Below are positions 28,862 through 39,877 of a stretch of 64,000 nt of DNA, piece by piece. The notes under the pieces are model-generated. The model saw only the letters and a program-made list of their open reading frames with translations, had not been told where the DNA came from and ran no database searches. Made by a program: the position numbers and the translations under genes. Source of the stretch: Paraspadella gotoi (Eukaryota; Animalia; Chaetognatha); NCBI GenBank assembly GCA_051294375.1, contig CM119263.1, forward strand, positions 29,910,099 to 29,974,098, in the 5' to 3' direction. Each line of letters starts with the position of its first letter. Within the stretch, counting starts at the first letter, position 1.

Positions 28862-31800
28862 TTATTCCTTTTTTTTTTCCGTTGTAATTCCGCGAGATCG
28901 TAGAACAAGATTATCGTTCCTTCGTGCAAATTTCAGGGATGCATCCCCACTCGTAAACACTAATTGCGCTCGAGCACTCTCACATCGTTTTTAGATGTAA
29001 TTAAATTTTAAAAACACTAATTAAAAAATTCCCGAAATCTTTTTTGGTCATCTGTCTCAACAATTTTAGTGTTAACATTTCATACGAGTAGAGGCCAAAT
29101 CATATATTAATGGTTGGCAGAAGGTTTGACTTTGGCAACCTTCCAATGATTGTCATCAAAACCTTTCAAAAAATATTCTACTAATCCATTAAATTTTTAA
29201 TATTAGAGACCTGAAACATCACCACACTTTTCTTTTAATTTTGTATTTTTAAAAGCAGATTCAGATAGCTTATAATAAAGTGGTATACAGCAGCAAAGTA
29301 AATTCTAGTTCAATATCTTTTTATCGATCATCTCCTACGATGATTTTATTAGTTTTTAATTAATTTTATAGGTAATAAAACATTGAAATTACATTTTTGT
29401 TTAACTTCTAAGCGTCCCATCAGAATTAATTTTCAAGAAAATTAAAATATAATATAATATAGCAATATAATAATTAAAATTAGCGAATTACTCATAGTTC
29501 AAGAATAACATTTCAAAACATATACTTAATTCTTGAACACGATAAATGAATCCGATATTGAATTTTCAATTTTACAACTATTTATATAATTATGTTTAAT
29601 CCAAAGTCTCACCCTGCCGAATGGATCGGCGAACAAAAGCCAATAGTTCTTTTGCCCAGACTTTTGGAGATCTCTCTCTCAATGAAAACATTTTTTGTTT
29701 TTGAGAATTTCCCTAGAAGTAATCAAAAAATTGAGGACTTATATGAGACTTTTTTGATAAAAGTTGTTTGATGAACAACAAAGACGATCTTCGCATTATT
29801 CAAAAGAATATAAGGAATTACGATGTCTTTTCATACATTGAAACATTCTAAAATTCTTTGAAACAATTTAAACCACTATGTCCTGATTGAAAAATTGCAG
29901 TGACCTGCTGATGTCCTTAGTTTTGTAAGAGTCTGGGAGGCCTTAAACAACCACAAGCCTGTCTTTGAAAAGCAGGGAAATAAGATACTTCATTTATAAT
30001 GAATGGAGAATTTTTATATTGATTGTACCAATTCAATAGAAGCAACCACACATTGAGTACAATTACCAAACAGAAACTTCTAACGAAAATTTTTAACACG
30101 AATTATTTTTTCATTTTTAATTTTGGAACAGTCAAATTCTACTAAAAATTGGTACGTCCCCAATATAAAAATCATTCATTTATTTAAAAAATAATCTATC
30201 GTGTACCTGACTTTTAGAAAGTCTATGGTAAGTTAAGACCTTCCAGCCGTCCTTCCGAATAACAACAAAAACCTCAACTAACTCCACAAGATAGGGCGCT
30301 GCAGCCCTGCAGCCCGTCAAGTATTATGTCAACAACAGCAAGACGCCCCCCACCAGGTTTCCAAAGAGACTTGTGCCATCATTGGTTCTCCTGTTGATTC
30401 CATCTTTTGCGCCATTTCCATTCCTTTGCCGAACAGAGAATATTTGGGGACTTTTCTACCAATAACACCGCGACGACGGGGCTGAATTCAAGAAGTAGAT
30501 TTGAGTTTTGTTTAATGACTATTATTTTATATGTTTTGATTTTAGTGTTTTAAACAAAAGGCTTGCCTTTTATTTGACCAAGTTTGAGGATTTAGCGTTT
30601 CTAAATAGTTTGCCTTACTGGCTTACAAATCCATATTATCTCAATTTACTTTTAAATTTTTCCCCCTCATTTTTCTTTTTTTCAAAAACTTTGAAAAAAA
30701 TTGTGGCTTAAAAATTGTAAGCTTAAAATTAGAGGCCTTGTTCACTGAATATTTCTTCACTGAATATTTCTTACTACAACATGAATATTAGTCCTTCACT
30801 GTATTATTCTTCACTTAAATATTTCTTCACCTGAATATTAACCTTTTTGATTAAACGCATTATTCTGAATGTTTCAGCGTTTGTAAAACTTGTTAAATTT
30901 ATTATTGTCGAAATGTTTAGCAATTGTTTTTTTTTTTTTTCTTTTGTCTTAAATTAATTTCTTTCTTTTATTAGCCCCCCTACCCCTAGGCCACTTCCTA
31001 ATCTTACCAATGATTTCACGCCGATGTATCCACCGCTCTTACCTCACCCAGTGTGAATTCCAACCCTAATCACTCTAATCTGGATGCTGTGAAAGTCGGT
31101 CTTTCCATCGATGTTGCGGATAACGAATCGATAAACAATCTCCAACATCGCGAGAGCGAACTTGGCCACGTTTTGTGCGCCTTTAGAATCGGCCGTCGGA
31201 ACGCCTATGGTTTTGGGACGGTAATTGAAAAACAAAAATGACAAAATGACACCAAACGTTATCAAAATATACTAAATGTCAGTTGTAAATGTAATGGTCA
31301 AATGACATATGATTATAAATATGATTAAAAAAAAAAACATCAAAAGACATAGCATTGAGGCAAGATAATAAAACATCAGACAATCTCAAACCCCGGGTGC
31401 ATAGATTTTGATTTTAGGACTGATAAAGTAAGATAAGATAAGATAAGATAAGATAAGATAAGATAAGATAAGATAAGTAAGATTACAGTTTCCACGAACC
31501 CGCGGCGACGATATAAGAATCCCCTATGGTATCGATCTTGTAGAGATCGTGTTTCTTTACGAGATGATCGAGTCGCGTGTAGAGAAAGTTAAGGATGGTT
31601 ATCACTTGTTCGGGAGAAAGGCCAGAGGAGAAACGAGTGTAGTTGACTATGTCGCTGCAAAGGATGGTCACTCGCTCGTGCCATTCCGTGTGGACCTTAG
31701 AATGGTGCGTCATCGTAGGATAATCGATTACAAAAAGTATTTTCAGTTTCTATTTCCAGACGAACAGATTTAAGGAATACAGTTGCCTCTGGCGACTCGA

Positions 31801-32428
31801 GTTGAACTCTGTTCATAAAGTTAACTTCAGTTACCAAAAATAAAATTTATAAAATCTTTTTTGAAACTTCTAATTTTAAAAGGTTGATAAGAATTTTTAA
31901 AAGAAATTTAAAAGGCCTACATTTTTTATGCATAGGATAAGATATGAAATTCTTTTTTTTTTTCAAATTGAAACTTTTCATCGCTTCACCCTAAGCAAAC
32001 CTTCTTTCCGCTGAGGAGTTGACTCGCTACTCTAGGAGGAAGCATGTTGTGGATGAGCAGCTCCAGCTAGAGGAGTGTGTGGGGAAGGGAAGCAAGAAAT
32101 TAAAGGATGTAGTGGATGAGCGGCTCCAGCTAGAGGAGTGTCGTGGGAAGGGGAAAAAACTGATGTTAGTTATGAGCAACTCCAACTAAAGGAAAGAGGC
32201 GGAGTAGTAAGGAATTAGGGATGTTAAACATAATTTGTTCCAGCTAAAGGAGAAAGACGATTAAGGGATGGATTAGACAACCTTTTTCTTTTTGAGCAAG
32301 TACTCTTTCTTCTTCTGAACGACGCTCTCGTCCAAGTGTTGAGAAAAATAATCCATTCGCGAGAGAAGTGTGTCGTAGAGTCTTTTACGACCCTCCAGAC
32401 TTCTGAGGAAAGAGCAGGCCTTAGAGAG

Positions 32429-32503
<75 letters not shown>

Positions 32504-33741
32504 GAAAATCTTACAAAATAAGAAAATTATATATTGTGTAAAGACTTTCGATTTCATTGTGTTTTGAAATTTGGCGAAAAACAATTATGATTTTTTTTTT
32601 TCAACGAATTGTATTAGACAAAAAAAAATAATTGTTTTTTGCCAAACGCAAATTATATAAAAATAGATATTAAACAATTATAATACAATCATTAAAATTA
32701 TATAAAAATAGATATTAAACAATTATAATACAATCATTAAAATCATACAAAAATAGATATTAAACAATTATAATACAATGATTAAAACTTACTTGCGAAG
32801 CAGTGGGGCGGAGGAAAGGCCTTTCTGACCAGCACTTTTGGGCAAATGAGAATATCGGATTTAGTTTGGAATCTAAATATTAAAATACAATTTCTAATGT
32901 TAAAACCATGTTAACCATGACGCTATTTTTCTTGTGGATGAATGTTTTGTATGTTAAAATTTTAAAGCAAGAACCTCGATTTTGGATGAGCAATATTTCC
33001 CTTAATACGGTATATAAAATCACTGTTTAATTATCTTTCAGAATTGTTATTACTTTTCTATTGTAAAAATAATTGCAAAGGAAACTTTTAACTAATTGCT
33101 TACTATCAAAAATGTCGGTAAAGACCGGACGAAAATATTTTTCTTCAGGAAATAGTATCTGAAATACATATAATGATAGTACTTAGTACTTGATGACAAA
33201 GCTTTAGGACTAATTTAGGACTAATAACCTTTTGCAGAATGGCTTGGACTGATAATTTTTTTTTGGTATAAAACACTCCTTTGTGTTCAAATATTTCATG
33301 CATGATTATTCCAAAACTATATATATCTCCTTCGTAGGTTATGTTTAGATCTGATTTACCTAAAATACAATCATTCACTTTCTTTGTAATTTATTCACAT
33401 TTACTAATCACGACTGAATTAATCTCACTCTGTCCTCTATTCTTCTTTGGAATCACAGCAAATATTCCTCTGAAATACAAAAATAATACATTGAGACATA
33501 ACTTACTAAAAATAATATTTATACTTATTGGGTAACTTTTTTGTTCCTTTTTTTAGTAAGCAAAGGCAAAAGGAAGAGAGAAAGAAAGAAAGAAGAAAGA
33601 AAGAAAGAAAGAAAGAAAAAAAGAAAATAAATAAAAAATAATAAATAAAAAATAAATAAAAAAAAAAATCACAAAAAATAGATAAGAAAAAATAAATAAA
33701 AAAATAAATAAAAAAATAAATAAAAAAATGAACAAATAAAC

Positions 33742-33772
<31 letters not shown>

Positions 33773-34823
33773 AAAATTAATCTATCAATCAATCAATCAA
33801 TCATTCAATCAATAAATCAATCAATCAATCAATCAACCCAACCCAAAAAAATAATAAATTCTCAATTACTTTTTATTCAAATCTCTCAATAATTCGGGAC
33901 AAATCCAAAGAAGTTTCTTCCCATGTTCTTTAAACCAAGAAGAGATACTCGATCTTTCTCTCAAATTTCCTTCGGCTGAGAAGTAATCTCTGCAGAAACA
34001 AAGCATTTCAACATATAAATTACAATTACAAAAAAATTAAAACGGAATTCTCTAAATGTTATGTTCATTTCGTTACATAACGTATCACATAAACATCGCT
34101 ATTATGACACAAATGACTCCAGCGAAAAACTAACTTTTTTTTTTTGAAATATAGAGATATAATTCATATGCTTTAAAACGATATGGCGAAATAGTGATAG
34201 AAAAAGGACCTAAATTAAGTTTTAATAAATTTTAAGATTCAACTCGTCATTACTTATACTCTTTGACTGCAATTCAGTACTCACTGATGACTTATAAAAT
34301 CCCATCCGTTCCATTTCAACAATTCCGGTTCAAATGCTGACAGTTTGACGAAAAAATTAACATCCACCTTAAAAAATGAGACACAACATTCTAGATTAGA
34401 ACAGAGTCTTGATTGAAATCTTGCAGGTTCCTGCGGGATGGATGAAAGCCTTATAGCCTGAGCAAAGTCACCAAGCAAGATAGCTTATTCAATAAATGAA
34501 TGGATATTGGATAATGTTAAAATTAAGACACCTTAAAAAAAAAGAATCATCACCAAGCAAGAGGTGCTTCTCAATCTTCCGTGAGGAATCTTGACCGTGT
34601 CATGGAGATATCGCAACGCCATCGCAATGTCGTGGGCCATCGAAACTTTGATGCGAGTGTCCAGAACCGGAAAGTCGTGGAGGACATTTTGAACGCTGCC
34701 CCGAGGAAGATACTCCATGACGACGTAACCGGGGACAGTGTCGAAGCAGTAGCCAATGAGGTAACCAATGAAATCGCGAGACATGCTCTGTCAAAGAGGA
34801 ATTATTATTATTAACTATTAATA

Positions 34824-34906
<83 letters not shown>

Positions 34907-35814
34907 CACCTGACAAAAATGTATATCCAAAGGCTTAATAAGGTGAACGAGATATTTTGTGAGGACCCGAGGTTTCACGGCCACAATTCTTCCTTCGTAA
35001 ATCGCGGTTTTTATGAATTCGTGAGGAAGTGATTTTTCATTCGGCCGATCTCGAAAGGAAAAAGAGAAACTGTAGTAATGTAATATCACTACCCGTTGAA
35101 TATGGCTGTTGCTTCCATCAGCACCGCAAATGCGTTTTTGGCTAACACTTCGTCTCCGGACTTAATGGTCCCGGGTTCTAGCCCCGGCCTTCCGCCAGAT
35201 CCGAAGTTTCGGAAAGCAACGCTAATGAGGGAAAAATCTCCTCGATCCACTGGGAGGTGGGAACTCTTAGTGTGGGGGTGATCCACACCGTCATTCGAGA
35301 ATGGATGGATATTCACTCTTCTCTTGTCATCATTCATTTACAACTTTGCTGTCGTTAAAGTTTTAACGACAAAATTTGATGACGAATTCTCGGGAATAAT
35401 TTAAAAAAAAGTTCTATAAAGATGACGAGAACAACGGTGTATTTACTTAAGCAAGGTTTGGGAGTCCCGTCGCTGATCCAGGAAGTGCTGTAAAAAAATT
35501 GGCAGCTAAGGTTGGTTAAAAAGACATTCCTTACGAAAAAAGCCAAATATTATATTATATATATTATATATACCGCATAGAAACAAAAACATGGAAAAAT
35601 ATTAAGGTATAACTCGCTTTCATACGCATTAATAATTATTTAAATCTGTACAATAATCATCATCACTTATAGCAAATTTATCAGGACAAAAACAGTTTTA
35701 TTTGACAACGATTTAATTGACAACAATTTAGTCAGACATGTTTCGGCTCTTTCACTTAGAGCCTTCATCAGTGCTTTTGACAATCAATATTTAGTCTCTG
35801 TTAAAGTAAGTTTT

Positions 35815-35884
<70 letters not shown>

Positions 35885-37166
35885 GAGGGAGAGTTTCCAA
35901 AAAAGAATAAGGTAAGGGACAGTGGTCAGATGTGAGGACAGCTGAAGGTAAGGAGAGGGAAGAAGTAAGTCTTTGAAAAATGAAAAGAGTGAGAGAGAGA
36001 GAGAGAGAGAGAGAGCAAAAGAGAATAAAGTGCATTAAATAATCTAAATATAAACTGAAATTAAATGTTAACAATGGAAATAAATAAGTTAGTAGAATAA
36101 AGTGAAATTTGAAATAAAAAATAAGTGTGTGGGATAGATAAGTGAAGAAAAGTGAAAGTAAGTAAAAGAAAGAGCTCAAAAATGAGCTCGCCCCCCCCCT
36201 GGCCGGGCAAATGGAGCACGTTGACGATAAGGTCGGGTCATTGGCCTGTCATAGGTTGCGAGGGTATACATGTAGAGTTTGTCATGCTGGGATCCGGAAG
36301 AGATCCGCCTGGGAAAATGCCAAGTGCTACTCGTATATCCCTTTGGCCTGATAAGCCTGCGACAGCCCTCCTCTCACCTGATGGTGAGGCAGGCAGTTGC
36401 CTGTTCTGGCCTGTTTTGCTACAGGAGATACAGACTCCTCTCCCTCCTCCTGTAGCCGTCGTTTTGGGCGACGCTCGGCGCGAGGAGAGTCACGCCAAGT
36501 TGCTACAGGCTCAGGAAAGGTATCGGACGTCCATTGCCTGCTGAGAGGCCTCCGTCTGACCCGTTGAGTGGGATCGCTCTGGGCGTTCCACCACCATTTT
36601 GATAAGCGAATCATAGCTTGGAGGGAGGTCGAATCGTCCTCCATCACGGTTCAGAGAGGGTTCGAGAGCTTTGATGTAGATTGCCTCTCTAATACCTCTG
36701 GAAAACCAGTTTGGGTCATGGGACAGCACGAGACAGTTTCTCTGAACAGATGGCCAGAATTTGCCGTGTGCTCGGCAATGGCCGATAAGTAATGACCACG
36801 TGGGTCTCGATATGGTTTTGTGTGCTGCTTGAACCGATCTGTCAGAGACTTTCCTGTCTTGCCCACGTATGCTGCTGTGCAGGGTTGGTAGCCCTTCCCT
36901 GCACAGGCCGCCCAGTAGACGGCTCCTGATGTTTTCGGTCTGGGGATTTTATCTTTCGGTTTCATTTTTGAGCTCTTTCTTTTACTTACTTTCACTTTTC
37001 TTCACTTATCTATCCCTCACCACTTATTTTCTATTTCAAATTTCACTTTATTCTACTAACTTATTTATTTCCATTGTTAACATTTAATTTCAGTTTATAT
37101 TTAGATTATTTAATGCACTTTATCTCTGTTGTACATTGCTAAATGTATTGTTAAAATTTTTGATTT

Positions 37167-37227
<61 letters not shown>

Positions 37228-39668
37228 ACTTACTTTAACAGAGACTAAATATTGATTGTCAAAAGCACTGATGAAGGCTCTAAGTGAAAGAGCCGAAACA
37301 TGTCTGACTAAATTGTGTCAATTAAATCGTTGTCAAATAAAACTGTTTTTGTCCTAATACCTCAAAAAACAACGAAAAGAGAGTATATACATAAAGCAAA
37401 TTTATCAAAATTAATGCAAGAAAACAACAGGGACAAAAACCTTTTGGAGGAAGCAGTGATATCTTTATTTTTGTCCGTAATTTCTTCGGTTATTTTTGGT
37501 CTTTTTTTTTCACAATTAAAAAGAAAAAAAAATGGTGATCAAAAAATTGGAGTGAAGTAGGAGAGAGGCGTGATCGTATATCAGGGAAAGTTCAAGGGGC
37601 TTTCTCACAACTTTTGACCTCCTCACTGTCTCTCTCTTCTCTTCCTGTCTCTCTCTCCCTCTCGCTTATAAAACAATAAGAAACGTCCAACACACTTGTA
37701 GTGACTGACTACAGCCAGATAAAATATTCGTGAAGCTAGCAAAAAAACAGGTTCCAATTAAGGCCTTATTTTCTAAGAACGCCCCATTTTTTTTTAAATT
37801 CGGATTAATCTAAATTAATTTTTAGGTTTGACGATTAGATTAAAGGTTGGGGTTAAGGATTAGGATAAAGATTAGGTTGAGGATTATCGTTAGTGATTGC
37901 CTTAATGATTAGGGTTAATGATTAGGGTTAGGGATTAGGTTAGGGTTAAGGATTATGTTAGGATTAAGGATTAGGATTAGGGTTAACGCTTAGGTTAGGG
38001 TTAGTAATAAATTTTGATAAAAGATAACAATTTTTTTCTTATTTATAAATATTTTTTTATTTTTTTAAATATATTTCGACTTTCCAGTTATTAGTTTTTT
38101 TTTCAGTACAAAAAAATTTTTAAAAATAATAATCATTGTTTCAAAATAATAAAAACTTTTTTTTTTTAAATTTTAAAAAATTTAAAAATTTTAAACACAA
38201 AAAACATAATATTAAGTTTAGAATTAGGTCCAGGGATTAAGGAATTGAAATCGGGGCCTTTCGTAAAAGATGTTCCACACCTTTGCGTAACAATAGCCGA
38301 ACACAATTAACTGTTTATCATATCCCTAGTCTCACTTTTCGAATTTCAAATTCTCCTTTTCTATGATCCATTTGGGTTTATGAACCGAAACCAGAATTCT
38401 CTTTCGATATGCAGCCAGACACACGACGAGCAGAGCCAATAGGGCGATGACGCCGCCCACCACGTAGGGCCAGATCTGTTCCCAAATAGGAAGGCCGGGG
38501 GAATGTGCGGTTCTATATATCTACATAAATATAGATATAAATATAGATTAATTATTTGATTTAACGATTAATTTTATCGTCAAATCGATAAACTATTTTA
38601 TTGATTAATCGATTTTTTCTTTGAATTTTGTTTTCTTTGTCGATTTATTGATTTATGAAACATGTTTATTTTTTTTATTGACTGATTGATTAGAACCCTG
38701 ATTGATTGATTAACTCACTGATTGATTTATTAATTTGATTAATTTATTAATTTGATTGATTGATTGATTCATTGATTGATTAACTCACTGATTGATTGAT
38801 TAATTTGATTGATTGATTAATTTATCACTGATTGATTGATTAATTTTATTGATTGATTTATTTATTGATTGATTGATTAGTCGATTTAGTGATGAAAGAA
38901 TTGTGATATTTTGTTATTTATGAAGTCACCTAAATCTGCTTTAAAAAAAAAAATACTAATAATCACCAGACAATTTCGATTGCCGATGCCGCATTTCGGC
39001 ACGTCCGGCGGAACGCTGTACTCGAAGGCCGGAAACAAAAAGCCGAGATTTTTGGCCGGTACCGTCGATATGTTTGAATAATAATCGTCTTCTTCGTCGT
39101 AGTCGAACAGAAATGTGAGAGCTCGAGTGAACTTTCCCTCGGGTTTGTTCATGGCGAAAAGTCCGTATTCCACCGCAAAGTCTCCGTTTGAGCGCAGGCG
39201 AGTCTTTTGACGGAAGCCGACTTCGTTCAAGCGCTCCTCGTCGATGATGACCGAACAAGACCGATTGTGAAATGATAAGGTGGCACCGAAGGAGCCTGAG
39301 TGCGGACGGAATGCGAAAAATGTGCAAAAAAGAGTTATTTATTAATAATTTCTTAAGATTTAACGTTCTTCAAATAAGCAGCAACTGTAATTCCAATGTG
39401 TCGCGCCGCGATGATTATTTTATCTTTGAGTGAACAATTTTAAATCTCTGAATTCCTATTTAACATGTAATATATTCATCATTACCGTCATCCGTAACCC
39501 GGAGGCCGCAGCGCTCGGACAAAATCGCAATCGCGCGGAGAGAGAGCGAGACGGCTTGCGTCGTCCGATCCCACGAGGTAACGTTATACGCGGGTGATTC
39601 TGGTGTCACAGTTATGCGGAGAATTGATTCGTAGACCCGCTTCAATTTGGAGTCGTTATCTGAAGGGA

Positions 39669-39714
<46 letters not shown>

Positions 39715-39842
39715 AAGCTATTTTCAAACATTCTAACAGCAAGGCAGACCTACAGACATACCAACAAATATATCCACTATCTGATTCAATGACTTAATCC
39801 AATTAACATATACGTCCGGTTCGAAGCAATCTCACCAGACAA

Positions 39843-39877
<35 letters not shown>

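Larger units (their letters stand above)
35683..37355 (-). mobile_element. 5'-truncated Penelope-like retroelement with inverted pLTR arms (35683-36186 and 36962-37355), intronic in the cyclase gene
   Basis: Arms are reverse complements except for a middle segment; GIY-YIG remnant between them; hammerhead in each arm; agcaaatttatca at 35671-35683 and 37395-37407 is a possible target duplication. Confidence 0.88.

Noticed and set aside
37850-38005. True telomere or chromosome fusion site
   Set aside because: Repeats are degenerate and bounded by the same inverted ends seen at several other loci.
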